A stretch of 64,000 nucleotides of DNA from an uncultured Chlamydiae bacterium (GTDB taxonomy: Bacteria > Chlamydiota > Chlamydiia > Chlamydiales > JAJFMA01): assembly GCA_963713615.1 (NCBI GenBank), contig CAVQMM010000001.1:808667-872666 (forward strand), written 5' to 3'. The position numbers and the translations under genes are program-made. A model generated the notes under the pieces. That model saw nothing but the letters and a program-made list of their open reading frames with translations. It was not told the origin of the DNA and searched no databases. Below, in pieces: positions 1 through 9,625 of this stretch. The stretch's first letter is position 1. The number at the start of each line of letters is the position of its first letter.

Positions 1-1565
1 CGATGCCTACCGATAAGATCTTTAGATGGAAAGAATTGTTCCAACCTGTTGCGAGAGGGAACAGGTAAACACTGCACACATTCTTCCAAGTGTTTTTTTG
101 TGGCCACGTAAGGTGCATCTTTATAACCTAAATCGATTAATTTACTCCTTATGAGTTCTTCCACAGTGTCGTTTAAAAGGGAGGGGTCTTCTTCAAAAAG
201 ATGATCTATTATATCATCGATCGTCGTATCATCAATTTTGTATTCAATTGCTTCCACGATGGTTTCAAGCATACTCTTTAATGATTTGTTGTCGCTATTG
301 TTTATAGCATCAATAAAATCATGCAAATAATTGTACGCAGCGTTCACATCATCACTGACAGGGGCCTTGAAGTAATTGATGCTTACCAGTCCATAGTTTG
401 TATCTAAAAATGGAGCATCGGCATAGACGAGCTTTGGATCCTTTTCCGTCAGGTTGGCAGATTGATGGTCAGGTCCAAGAAAAGATTTATTTTCAGCAGT
501 TTCAACAAAAACTTTAGCGATCTTTGGGTCATAAAGATGCGACCAGCCCAAATCAATAAAATCCTTGAAAATATCTAGCGACAAGTCATGCTGATCTAAT
601 CCAATTAGGTAGAGACAGGTTAGAGCTATTTCGCGATCTGGATATGTTTTTACAAGGTTGTGGATTAATGGTTTGAATGGTTTGTTTTTGAGGTATTGGC
701 TAATGGTGGGACCCATTTCTATGCATATTGGATAGTCGCGACTAACCAAAGTTACTAAAACTAATACTTCTTCTGCATAGCAGGTATAGTCCAGAATGCC
801 TTTTTTTTGATCTATATCATGCTGAATAAGGGTCCAGCCTATAGATTCTATAAGGTCTGACACTTCAGTATGAGATAGTTTAGGCATCACTATCAGACCA
901 TAACAAATATCTATATAGGTGGGCAATAAGGCATTAATTGAATAATCGCTGTCGGATTCAGGGGGAGTCTTGGTGAGAGTGCATCTCGTATGGTTTTTGG
1001 CCAAAGCGATAAATTTAAGGAAAACTTCCTTTGCCTTATCTTTTTGAGCGAGCACGTCGAGTGTTTTGGAAAAATTAGCATAAAAATACATTTGCCCAGG
1101 CTTGGTTGCAACGCCCTCTATAAATCGCTCTACTTCTTCAATACTGACTATCCCCTGAGTAAGAGAACGCATGAGAATTTGACAAACTCTTCGATGAGTC
1201 GCTGATATTTGGTGGAAAGGCTTACATAAAGTGGGTTGGTTAGCGGGATCAGTAATTTCTGCCACCAATCGACTAAAAAGTTGTAGCTTTTCTGATATCT
1301 CAACACTTGGTGGGGCGGGAATGCAGGGCCGATCATCACTTGAAACCACTCCTAAGATCGAAGTACTTAGTTCAGATGCATACCCTGTAAGCTTCATTGT
1401 AGGACCTTTAAAAGGCTCTGAGTTTTGTGAAAGGGCAACATTTAGATTGTTGGCGTCGATCGCGCAAACCGTTACTACGTTCGTTGTCGGGGGTAACGAA
1501 TCACTCCCATTCATGGCATCAGATGGCGTGCCAGAGGGGTTATTATTATTATTTACCGGTTCCAT
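1..1565 (-). CDS. hypothetical protein (N-terminal >520 codons; 3' end lies beyond window start)
   Basis: Uninterrupted minus-strand reading frame from ATG at 1565-1563 (MEPVNNNNNPSGTPSDAMNGSDSLPPTTNVV...) to the window edge. An AAGGA-like RBS sits about 8 nt upstream and an in-frame TGA lies just upstream. It is absent from the ORF track only because it runs off the edge. N-terminus is Asn/Ser/Thr-rich; no domain recognised. Confidence 0.55.
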   Translation of the reverse strand, partial: MEPVNNNNNPSGTPSDAMNGSDSLPPTTNVVTVCAIDANNLNVALSQNSEPFKGPTMKLTGYASELSTSILGVVSSDDRPCIPAPPSVEISEKLQLFSRLVAEITDPANQPTLCKPFHQISATHRRVCQILMRSLTQGIVSIEEVERFIEGVATKPGQMYFYANFSKTLDVLAQKDKAKEVFLKFIALAKNHTRCTLTKTPPESDSDYSINALLPTYIDICYGLIVMPKLSHTEVSDLIESIGWTLIQHDIDQKKGILDYTCYAEEVLVLVTLVSRDYPICIEMGPTISQYLKNKPFKPLIHNLVKTYPDREIALTCLYLIGLDQHDLSLDIFKDFIDLGWSHLYDPKIAKVFVETAENKSFLGPDHQSANLTEKDPKLVYADAPFLDTNYGLVSINYFKAPVSDDVNAAYNYLHDFIDAINNSDNKSLKSMLETIVEAIEYKIDDTTIDDIIDHLFEEDPSLLNDTVEELIRSKLIDLGYKDAPYVATKKHLEECVQCLPVPSRNRLEQFFPSKDLIGRH

Positions 1566-1878
1566 AGAAAAATCCTTTATTCAATCGCAACTTCTTCTGC
1601 ATCTATTAGACGTGAATAAAGCAGCATGTGAAACATTAAAAACATTCAATGTTCATTTTTTTTAGCAACTTTTAATGTCACAATATTACATTGCTGATAA
1701 TAAATCAATAACATTCATGTTTTTGGTGATTGCAATCTATAACAAGCTGATTATAGTTATGATAATATACATTTTTGATAATTTTATATGTAAAATTAAC
1801 GATTTGTTATAATGATGAACGACGAGCAATACTCATTACCGATTTTGTGATCGTTCTCTCAAAATAAGGGGTAGTCAT

Positions 1879-2928
1879 ATGAAATGGTTGTGTGGTTTTT
1901 TTCTAATGCTTTTTGCTCTGATGGCCTGGCAGCCCACTAATGTGGCTGCGGATACCGCTGCTCCTGCGGTGGCTCCTACTCAGGAGAAAGTTGTTCTTCC
2001 TCCTGGAGGATTCTATGTGGCGTTAGTGCCCTACTTTCCAAAAGTTCCCGATTTGGCCAAGATGACGGTGCCATCCGACCAGCAGGGCCAACCTCCTAGG
2101 GAGATGAAGCCATCGGAGTGGTTAGCGCAGCAAACACCCAAGACGGTGGAATTTGCCCCAGCAGAAAGGCCGATGTTCTTCTATTTCTCATCGGAATGGA
2201 AGAATCCCTTAAATGACAGAACCAAACTTGTTAAAGACCTCCAACTGGCAGCTCCGATTTCGATGACCATCAAAGGCAAAGATGGCAAAGAGATCAAAGT
2301 CGACGGCGCTGTGCTTTACAAAGTGGCAGGCACCTTTGGGACGAAAGAGGAATTTCTCAAAGCCTACCCACCAGTAGCACAAGGCACTAACGAATCGAGT
2401 AACCCCGCCGCGGAACCGGAAGTCGCATTGGTCGATGCCAAGGGCACTTTCAAAACTAGTGCTACTACGGAAATGGGTGCTTTTGATCAAAGTGGCGGAC
2501 CCTTTGAAGAAGGGTGGTCTGATGCTCGACAACAGCAGGACTTAGCCTTTATGCATGATCTCATGAAAGACCTCGGCTGCTTTATTGCCACGGCTGTATT
2601 TCAGTCTTGGGATGCTCCACAGCTGACAGTGTTACGTGCTTTCCGTGACAGGATCATGCTAACCAGTCCAGAGGGAGTGAAACTCGTTAGCTACTACTAC
2701 CAGCATGGCCCCTATTGGGCACAGGACCTTCAGTCTCATCCTGTCCTGAAGGCTATATTAAGGCCGTTACTATCAGGGGTAGCAGCTACATTGAATCTGA
2801 TGAATCTGGATAGTCCAGCAACTCAGAAGATCTTACAAACCAGTGTCGGTTGGGTTGAATGGATGGTCTCGCCTTTTATGTCCAGCGAGCCACAGACTCA
2901 TACGACGATCTATCCCGTGCCACAATAG
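1879..2928 (+). CDS. secreted hypothetical protein with conserved Cys-containing C-terminal domain
   Basis: 349-aa ORF with a classic signal peptide (MKWLCGFFLMLFALMAWQPTNVAA) and an Ala/Pro-rich linker. The C-terminal block GCFIATAVFQS...LRAFRDRIML...YYYQHGPYWA resembles a widespread uncharacterised extracellular C-terminal domain. Confidence 0.6.
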   Translation: MKWLCGFFLMLFALMAWQPTNVAADTAAPAVAPTQEKVVLPPGGFYVALVPYFPKVPDLAKMTVPSDQQGQPPREMKPSEWLAQQTPKTVEFAPAERPMFFYFSSEWKNPLNDRTKLVKDLQLAAPISMTIKGKDGKEIKVDGAVLYKVAGTFGTKEEFLKAYPPVAQGTNESSNPAAEPEVALVDAKGTFKTSATTEMGAFDQSGGPFEEGWSDARQQQDLAFMHDLMKDLGCFIATAVFQSWDAPQLTVLRAFRDRIMLTSPEGVKLVSYYYQHGPYWAQDLQSHPVLKAILRPLLSGVAATLNLMNLDSPATQKILQTSVGWVEWMVSPFMSSEPQTHTTIYPVPQ

Positions 2929-2934
2929 CAATTT

Positions 2935-3348
2935 AACGCAAAGGCGCAAAGAAGAGCTCACGTTTGTAGCGTAGCGACGGTTCGTTCAACTTTTTAGGAG
3001 CAACACGGATGCACACGGATTTAGGGCGTAGCCACGGTTCGTGTCATTTTTAGGAGCAACACGGATGCACACGGATCTAGGAGGATTTAGGAGGATAGGA
3101 TGGCAAATACGGTTCTTCAATCTAAAACAATAAAATTAGTTTTTAAGAATGAACACAATCCGTGTTGCTCCTAAAAAGCTGAACAAACCGTATTTGCCAT
3201 CCTATCCTCCTAAATCCTCCTAGATCCGTGTGCATCCGTGTTGCTCCTAAAAATGACACGAACCGTGGCTACGCCCTAAATCCGTGTGCATCCGTGTTGC
3301 TGCATACACATGTGAGCTGTTTCTTGCGGTTCCTTGCGCCTTTGCGTT
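2935..3348. repeat. family-A foldback (MITE-like) element, full copy
   Basis: About 414-bp near-perfect palindrome. Terminal inverted repeats are AACGCAAAGGCGCAAAG(A/G)A...GCTCAC. Internal repeated modules are TTTTTAGGAGCAACACGGATGCACACGGATCTAGGAGGATTTAGGAGGATAGGATGG and its complement. Related copies occur at 5248-5520, 46600-46825, 50893-51380 and 55981-56101. Confidence 0.8.
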
Positions 3349-3436
3349 AAGTCTTGAATTTTCATTGCTTACTAAGAATTATTCAAGTATAGTTGTTATT
3401 TTGACAATTATCTTAAGAAATTACTGGAAAAACATC

Positions 3437-5248
3437 ATGTGGAACCCGAAGAAAATACGTAATATCGCTATCATTGCTCACATCGACCATGGCAAAACAA
3501 CCATGCTAGATGCCATGTTAAAACAGTCGAACATCTTTCGAGAAAACGAAGAGATTCCCGAACGAGTGATGGATTCCTACGATCAAGAGCGTGAGCGCGG
3601 AATTACGATCTTTGCCAAGCATACGGGTATTCGCTATGGCGATTATAAGATTAACATTATTGATACGCCTGGCCACTCTGACTTCTCTGGTGAAGTTGAA
3701 CGCGTCCTTGGTATGGTTAACAGCGTTCTATTGCTGGTGGATGCTCAGGAAGGTCCCATGCCCCAGACGCGTTTTGTGCTTTCTAAGGCACTAAAAATGG
3801 GTTTACGCCCGATCGTCGTCATCAATAAAATCGATAGACCACATGCCGATCCACATAGGGTCTTGAACGAAACTTTTGACCTCTTCGCCGAACTCGGTGC
3901 TGATGATGACCAGCTCGACTTCCGTCACTGTTACGCATCGGGACTAGGAGGCTTTGCTACTAAGAACATAGATGATCCTCGCGTCAATATGAACCCGCTC
4001 TTCGACCTCATTATAGAAGCTGTACCAGCACCTGAAGGTGACATCGAAGCACCTTTTTTGATGCAGGTTCGTACCGCTACGTACAACGACTATCTGGGTA
4101 GACAGGCTACTGGTCGAGTGTTGCAGGGGAAAGTCGTTAAAGGTCAGACGGTCGTTTGCGTAAGCACGCAAAAAGAACCTCAGAAATTTAATATTTCACG
4201 CGTTGAAGGTTATGAAGGTCTAAAGAAGGTCGAGTTTGATGAAGGCGTCACCGGCGATATTGTCAGCCTCTCGGGCATTCCCGAAGTCATGCTAGGCGAT
4301 ACCTTGTGTGATCCAGATCACATCATAAGAATGCCAGCGATTGCTTTGGATGAACCAGCTGTTTCCGCCAACTTTATGATCAACTCCAGTCCGCACGCCG
4401 GACGTGAAGGCAAAAATGTTACCTATAACAAAATCAAAGAACGTCTGTGGAAGGAAAAGCGGTCCAATATCTCTCTAGATATCGAAGAATATACTGGGGA
4501 AGGTGAGGCCATCACCGTATCGGGCCGTGGAGAACTTCACTTAGCTGTTCTTATTGAAGCGATGCGACGCGAAGGCTATGAATTGAGCGTCTCTAAGCCT
4601 CAGGTAATCATCAAGGAAATTGATGGGCAGAAATGTGAGCCTATTGAAAATGTCCATGTTGAAGTCCCTGAAGAATTTTCCGGTATCATCATCGAAGAAC
4701 TAGCAAGACGCAAAGGCGAAATGCAATCGTTACATACGAATGAGCATGCCGTTACTCACATGGAATTTCGTATGCCTACACGTGGTTTGATGGGCTATCG
4801 CAACGAGTTCCTAACGGTGACGAGAGGGCTTGGTGTCTTGACCTCAATCTTCGATTCCTTTCAGCCTTGGCGTGGTGAGATCCCACAGCGCAAAAAGGGC
4901 GTTCTGGTATCTATGTGCGACGGAAGAGTCACAGACTATGCACTAGACGGTCTTCGTAGCCGAGGCGTCCTATTCGTTAAGGCCGGAGACCAGGTCTATG
5001 AAGGCATGGTCGTCGGAGAGCATAGCCGTGAGAACGACCTCTTGGTTAATGCTACAAAAGCTAAGCAGCTGACAAACTTCCGCGCATCCGGTAAAGACGA
5101 GCAGGTGTTGATGGCTCCTCCCCGTGTGTTTACTCTGGAGCAAGCCATAGACTACATTGAGGACGATGAGCTTGTCGAAGTCACGCCCAAGAGTATCCGC
5201 ATGCGTAAGACGGTTCTGAAAGAGCAAGATCGTAAGCGCCAGCGGTAA
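3437..5248 (+). CDS. typA: translational GTPase TypA/BipA
   Basis: G-domain motifs ([21 protein letters not shown]) and full-length similarity to the BipA/TypA family. The start is ATG at 3437; the upstream extension of the track ORF into the repeat is rejected. Confidence 0.9.
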   Translation: MWNPKKIRNIAIIAHIDHGKTTMLDAMLKQSNIFRENEEIPERVMDSYDQERERGITIFAKHTGIRYGDYKINIIDTPGHSDFSGEVERVLGMVNSVLLLVDAQEGPMPQTRFVLSKALKMGLRPIVVINKIDRPHADPHRVLNETFDLFAELGADDDQLDFRHCYASGLGGFATKNIDDPRVNMNPLFDLIIEAVPAPEGDIEAPFLMQVRTATYNDYLGRQATGRVLQGKVVKGQTVVCVSTQKEPQKFNISRVEGYEGLKKVEFDEGVTGDIVSLSGIPEVMLGDTLCDPDHIIRMPAIALDEPAVSANFMINSSPHAGREGKNVTYNKIKERLWKEKRSNISLDIEEYTGEGEAITVSGRGELHLAVLIEAMRREGYELSVSKPQVIIKEIDGQKCEPIENVHVEVPEEFSGIIIEELARRKGEMQSLHTNEHAVTHMEFRMPTRGLMGYRNEFLTVTRGLGVLTSIFDSFQPWRGEIPQRKKGVLVSMCDGRVTDYALDGLRSRGVLFVKAGDQVYEGMVVGEHSRENDLLVNATKAKQLTNFRASGKDEQVLMAPPRVFTLEQAIDYIEDDELVEVTPKSIRMRKTVLKEQDRKRQR

Positions 5249-5520
5249 ACGCAAAGGCGCAAAGAAGAGCTCACGTTTGAACATGCGCAAGGATTTAGGG
5301 CGTAGCAACGGTTTGTGTTATTTTTAGAAGTAACACGGATGCACACGGATTAGGAGGATTTAGGAGGATAGGATTTAGAAATGCAAATCGGTACGACAGC
5401 TATTCCATCCTAAAATCCTAAAATTATTTTTTGGGGTTGGCGAGTCCCATCCTATCCTCCTAAATCCTCCTAGATCCGTGTGCATCCGTGTTGCGCCAAA
5501 AAAATTGAACGAACCGTAGC
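5248..5520. repeat. family-A foldback element, copy truncated at right end
   Basis: Begins immediately after the typA stop with the AACGCAAAGGCGCAAAGAAGAGCTCACGT terminus. It contains the GGAGGATTTAGGAGGATAGGAT core and its complement but lacks the outer right TIR. Confidence 0.75.
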
Positions 5521-5521
5521 A

Positions 5522-6097
5522 TTATTTCATGTGGCGATCGAGTAAAGCACTGTACCAGCACGCCACAGGCATAAAGATGGCCCAAACCACGCCTATGATA
5601 ATTAGGGACTGTCCATCAGGCAGAAGGAATTCGGCTGCTCCAAGACGCGCTCCGGCCAAATAGCTCATCACCCCACCGACAGCGCCACAAATCGCAGCTA
5701 TGAGGGGAAAGTTGCGTAGCCAAAATAGCGAATAATCAACCGCTGCCGCAAAGAGAAAGTAGACACCCACCATCCAGAATGGCGGAGCCCACGAAAGATA
5801 GGGGTTAGGGCTGGCATAGCTAAGAACTCCAAAACTCTGATATCCGATGTCCAAGAGGCATCCTGCCAATGTCACGGTACAGAGAAAAACAGCATCTTTA
5901 GAACGTTGATGCGATAGGAAAAAGTGCACAGCCATCAATGCTGCAAGAATCCATAAGCCTTTACCAGGCTCTCCCGCAGCAGCAAAGATCACCAATGCTG
6001 TCCAACCCCCATAGAAGCTTAGACTGTTGAAAATACGCGCAGGTGCTGGACCCGTAAGAAACTTATACATGTATGCTCCCCAACGTCGAAAAATCAT
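5522..6097 (-). CDS. DUF2878-family integral membrane protein
   Basis: 191 aa with about five TM helices. This family commonly sits next to TIGR01777 (YfcH) epimerase genes, as it does here with a 4-bp overlap. Confidence 0.6.
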   Translation of the reverse strand: MIFRRWGAYMYKFLTGPAPARIFNSLSFYGGWTALVIFAAAGEPGKGLWILAALMAVHFFLSHQRSKDAVFLCTVTLAGCLLDIGYQSFGVLSYASPNPYLSWAPPFWMVGVYFLFAAAVDYSLFWLRNFPLIAAICGAVGGVMSYLAGARLGAAEFLLPDGQSLIIIGVVWAIFMPVACWYSALLDRHMK

Positions 6098-6984
6098 CCA
6101 ATACTCAATATATGACGCAAACAGAGTTCAAGATCTGGGAAGGCAAAACTCATTCCTAATGAAGTGAGCCGCTTAGGGACTGCTCGGCAGCTTGCCAATA
6201 ATAGCGCATCGCCCATTTCGCCAAAAATTAGACCAACAGCCATTGCTGGCATAGGAAAGGGGGTAGGGCGTCGTAGTACCCTTCCTAGCACTTTGGTGAA
6301 AGTTGCATTATCAACAGGGTTTGGGCTAACGAAATTTACAGGGCCTTGAAGACGATCGTCAGTCAAAGCATGGCATAGGTGATTGACCACGTCGTCGATG
6401 CCGATCCAACTATAATATTGCCGGCCAGAACCTAAACGTCCTCCAAGGCATAGCTTGAATGGGGTCAGCATCTGCTTTAGAGCCCCTCCATCAGGGCTAA
6501 GAACAATTCCAAAACGTGGTATGACCACGCGAGCTGTCGTCAATCGTTGGGATGCTCTTTCCCAATCAGCGCAAAGATCCGCCAGAAAACCTGTTCCTTG
6601 GCAACTCTCTTCGTCGACGATTTCATCTCCCCGATCACCATAAAACCCTATAGCCGACGCCGAAATAAAGACCTTGGGAGGAGCCCCTGACCGCTGCAAA
6701 GCTTCAACGAGCAGATTTGTCCCTTCAACCCTGCTAGCATGTAGCCTGGCTTTTTTGCTGCGTGTCCAGCGGCCTGATGCAATGCTCTCACCAGCCAAAT
6801 GGATGACCGCATCAAAACCCCCAAGCTTGTCGGTCTGTATGGTCCCTGCCGAGGGATCCCAAACAACATCCGTCGTCAAGACTGGGTGGCGCGTAAGGCG
6901 ACATACGGTATGTCCTGCTGCAATAAGAGAAGGTTCCAAGGCGCGGCCAATGAGTCCGGTAGCTCCTGACACCAAGATTCGCAT
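6094..6984 (-). CDS. TIGR01777-family NAD-dependent epimerase/dehydratase (YfcH-like, DUF1731 C-terminus)
   Basis: N-terminal Rossmann motif MRILVSGATGLIGRAL; AAGGAG RBS 6 nt upstream of this ATG. The track ORF start 54 nt further upstream is less likely. Confidence 0.75.
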   Translation of the reverse strand: MRILVSGATGLIGRALEPSLIAAGHTVCRLTRHPVLTTDVVWDPSAGTIQTDKLGGFDAVIHLAGESIASGRWTRSKKARLHASRVEGTNLLVEALQRSGAPPKVFISASAIGFYGDRGDEIVDEESCQGTGFLADLCADWERASQRLTTARVVIPRFGIVLSPDGGALKQMLTPFKLCLGGRLGSGRQYYSWIGIDDVVNHLCHALTDDRLQGPVNFVSPNPVDNATFTKVLGRVLRRPTPFPMPAMAVGLIFGEMGDALLLASCRAVPKRLTSLGMSFAFPDLELCLRHILSIG

Positions 6985-7038
6985 GACGTTCTCCTTCGTT
7001 TCTGCACCTATTAGTGCTGAAAACGTCGATTTGGTCAA

Positions 7039-7325
7039 GTTTTAGAAGAGAGAGGGGACGAGGAGAGAAAGGGGGGGGGAGGAGGAGGAATTTTTCTACA
7101 GAGAGCACCGAGACGCAGAGGTAGGAGAGAGAGGATTAGAAAGGAGGAGAGTAATTTTTGTTTAGTGTTTTAAACAAACACTTTCTCGTTCCCTTTCCTA
7201 ATCCTCTCTCTCCTATCTCGGCGTCTCTGAGGTAAAAAAAAATCTTCCTCTTCCTCACCTCTTTCTCTCCTCTTCTTCTTGACAGGGATTACAGAATAGG
7301 AAAAAGTATCTATCGGGAGGTTTGA
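7039..7325. repeat. GA/CT-rich long imperfect palindrome in divergent promoter region
   Basis: Purine-rich arm (GAGAGGGGACGAGGAGAGAAAGG...CAGAGAGCACCGAGACGCAGAGGTAGGAGAGAGAGGATTAGAAAGGAGGAGAG) mirrored by a pyrimidine-rich arm (CTCTCGTTCCCTTTCCTAATCCTCTCTCTCCTATCTCGGCGTCTCTGAGG...). The arms lie around a small central palindrome, GTGTTTTAAACAAACAC. A related GA-rich segment is at about 37840-37925. Confidence 0.6.
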
Positions 7326-8720
7326 ATGTCGAAGCCATCAAAGATAGCAATTATTGGTGCGGGGCTTTCTGGCTTAGCTTGTGCCTACGAGCTGACGAAA
7401 GCCGGGCATGACGTTGTCGTTTATGAAAAAGATGCCGATGTAGGGGGGCGTGCGGGTACTCGCTCTAAACGCGAGTGTCCTTTTGATGTGGGCGCGCAAT
7501 TTCTAAATAACAGCTATACACAAGCCAAAGAGTATTGCAAAGAGTTGGGAATTACCGAAGAGTGGCGCACTATGACTTTGGCTACGCACCACCTCCTGCA
7601 TGATAATCAGCTTCACTGCATCTCTTTTCGATCCATTCGCGAGTTCCTAAGCCTTCGTTTCTACTCACATCTGGCTCGCTTAAGGCTGATGATGTGCTAT
7701 CTGAAGCTCCAGCGTGCGGCCCACGGGATTGATCTTTACGACTTAAGCAGCACTGCAGCCAATTTTGATACTTGCAGCGCTCGTGACTACATCTTGAAGT
7801 GGGGAGGTCCTGAAGTACTTGAATATGCATTCGACTCTCTCATCTTCACCTATCACTTCCATGGGGCTCAGGACCTTAGTCTAAGCTGTCTTTTGGGAGC
7901 CATAGCGGCTATTGGACCAAATTTCACGTATGACTACTTCGTCAAAGGGATCGATGAGATTGCTCAGGCGCTGGCCCGCAAGGTGCATGTCGTTCTCAGA
8001 GCCACCATCACTGATGTCAACGTAGGTCCTCATCATGTTTATCTTAAATTTGAAGACGAAAAGTATCATTATGACGCCATCGTCATTGCTACGACGGCAT
8101 CGGCAGCACGGCGTATCTATCATAAGCCTAGCGCGGCACAACGCGACCTGCTAGAGGCCACTAACTACTCTACAACCATCAATGCCAGCTTCAAAGTCCC
8201 AAGCTTGCCGATCTCCCACCTAGCTATGGTGGCCGTTCCTTCCTCACAGAACGAAAACATCTGCTGCTACTTTAACCAGGCGAGCAAATATTCAGGATTT
8301 TTAGAGGATGGTCAAACGCTGGTGAACGTCTTTGCCCGCGATATCAAAGCCCTAGAACTTATGGATGGTCCGGACGAAAAGATCTGGCAACTGATGGAAC
8401 AGGAGTTCTTAAAGGTATGTCCACCACTGCGGCCTTTTGCCAATCGCATCAGTCGTTACCAGCTTCAGCGTTGGCCAGAGGCGATTCCTAAATATTCCCA
8501 CGGCTATGTCACCAAGGTAGCTAACTTTTTGCAGAATGGCCAGGGAGATAATGGGATTTTCCTCTGTGGCGACTATTTAAATGCTCCATGGATTGAAGGT
8601 AGCCTTCGCGGGGGACGCAAGGTTGCGGGTAAGGTTTTGGAGCACTTGTCGAAGGCTAAAGACATCGAGACAGAAGGGCTAGATATACCACGCGCGGTTA
8701 GATTTGACACACTCGGCTAA
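7326..8720 (+). CDS. FAD-dependent oxidoreductase (amine-oxidase / protoporphyrinogen-oxidase-like fold)
   Basis: N-terminal dinucleotide-binding motif IAIIGAGLSGLACAYEL...VVVYEKDADVGGR; length 464 aa, typical of the PPOX/CrtI-like family. Confidence 0.7.
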   Translation: MSKPSKIAIIGAGLSGLACAYELTKAGHDVVVYEKDADVGGRAGTRSKRECPFDVGAQFLNNSYTQAKEYCKELGITEEWRTMTLATHHLLHDNQLHCISFRSIREFLSLRFYSHLARLRLMMCYLKLQRAAHGIDLYDLSSTAANFDTCSARDYILKWGGPEVLEYAFDSLIFTYHFHGAQDLSLSCLLGAIAAIGPNFTYDYFVKGIDEIAQALARKVHVVLRATITDVNVGPHHVYLKFEDEKYHYDAIVIATTASAARRIYHKPSAAQRDLLEATNYSTTINASFKVPSLPISHLAMVAVPSSQNENICCYFNQASKYSGFLEDGQTLVNVFARDIKALELMDGPDEKIWQLMEQEFLKVCPPLRPFANRISRYQLQRWPEAIPKYSHGYVTKVANFLQNGQGDNGIFLCGDYLNAPWIEGSLRGGRKVAGKVLEHLSKAKDIETEGLDIPRAVRFDTLG

Positions 8721-9625
8721 CTAATTAACCACAGCATTAAACCGATATAGATAAAGGCTGTGACCACCATATGAGGGTCACGCAGCAATTCTTGAGCTGG
8801 GTTTTCTCCAGCCTTCCACCTATGTAACAGGTACATATACCGGAATATTCCGTACGTCACCAATGGCACGGTGGCGATGAGGTTCGTGGTTTGATGGACG
8901 TGAATTGTCTCTGCATTAGTGGTGTACAGGCTATAGGAAAGGATCGTGCTGGCAGCAGTAATACTAATGAGGTTGTCAAGCAGTTCCGGGGTATATTGGG
9001 AGAGCACTTTACGCCCGGGTTCATTAGCCTCTGCCATCACTAACATTTCCGCTCTTCGTTTAGTAAATGCCAGAAAGAGAGTGAGCATAATCGTACACAG
9101 CAGTAGCCACTGTGAAGGGGGAATGCCGATTCCAACCGTACCCACTAATACCCGCAAGATAAAGCCCGCGGAGATGACAAAAGCATCAATGATCACAACA
9201 TGTTTTAGGTACACCGAATAGGCAAGATTCATCACAGAATAGACGATCAATAAGACCAAGGCAGTATTCGACACCTCCCAAGCCATTAAGCAGCCTCCGC
9301 ACCAGCACAAGAAAGCTAAAATGACCGCAGCATGAATAGATACCCTTCCAGCAGCAATAGGACGCTTTCGTTTCTTTGGATGATGGCGATCCGCATCGCA
9401 GTCTATGATGTCGTTTACAACATAGACTCCGCTGGAAACTAAAGCAAAGGCAGCTGCACAAGTTATGGCTTGGAGGACTAGCGTAGAATCATTCCAAGCA
9501 TGTCCGAAGAAAATGCCAACGAAGACAAAACCATTCTTCCACCACTGAAACGGGCGCATCAGCCTTAAATAATCTTTGAGGTAGCCGAGCAAGGGCAACC
9601 CAGCTGTTTGAGTACCATGCGTCAC
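8717..9625 (-). CDS. UbiA-family prenyltransferase, decaprenyl-phosphate phosphoribosyltransferase-like (DPPR synthase)
   Basis: Multi-TM protein with the family signature VVNDIIDCDADRHHPKKRKRPIAAG. It is last in an overlapping three-gene operon with DprE1 and DprE2 homologs. Confidence 0.7.
   Translation of the reverse strand: MTHGTQTAGLPLLGYLKDYLRLMRPFQWWKNGFVFVGIFFGHAWNDSTLVLQAITCAAAFALVSSGVYVVNDIIDCDADRHHPKKRKRPIAAGRVSIHAAVILAFLCWCGGCLMAWEVSNTALVLLIVYSVMNLAYSVYLKHVVIIDAFVISAGFILRVLVGTVGIGIPPSQWLLLCTIMLTLFLAFTKRRAEMLVMAEANEPGRKVLSQYTPELLDNLISITAASTILSYSLYTTNAETIHVHQTTNLIATVPLVTYGIFRYMYLLHRWKAGENPAQELLRDPHMVVTAFIYIGLMLWLIS

Noticed and set aside
2935-3348. Possibility that the regularly recurring GGAGGATAGGATGG / CACGGATGCACACGGAT modules constitute a CRISPR array
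   Set aside because: Units are arranged as inverted rather than direct repeats and have no unique spacers of uniform length. The same composite recurs at several loci, which is foldback/MITE behaviour, not CRISPR.
3284-3436. Upstream extension of the typA ORF (track start 3284) into the family-A repeat
   Set aside because: The extension is repeat sequence with no TypA homology. The conserved N-terminus begins at [22 protein letters not shown] (ATG 3437).
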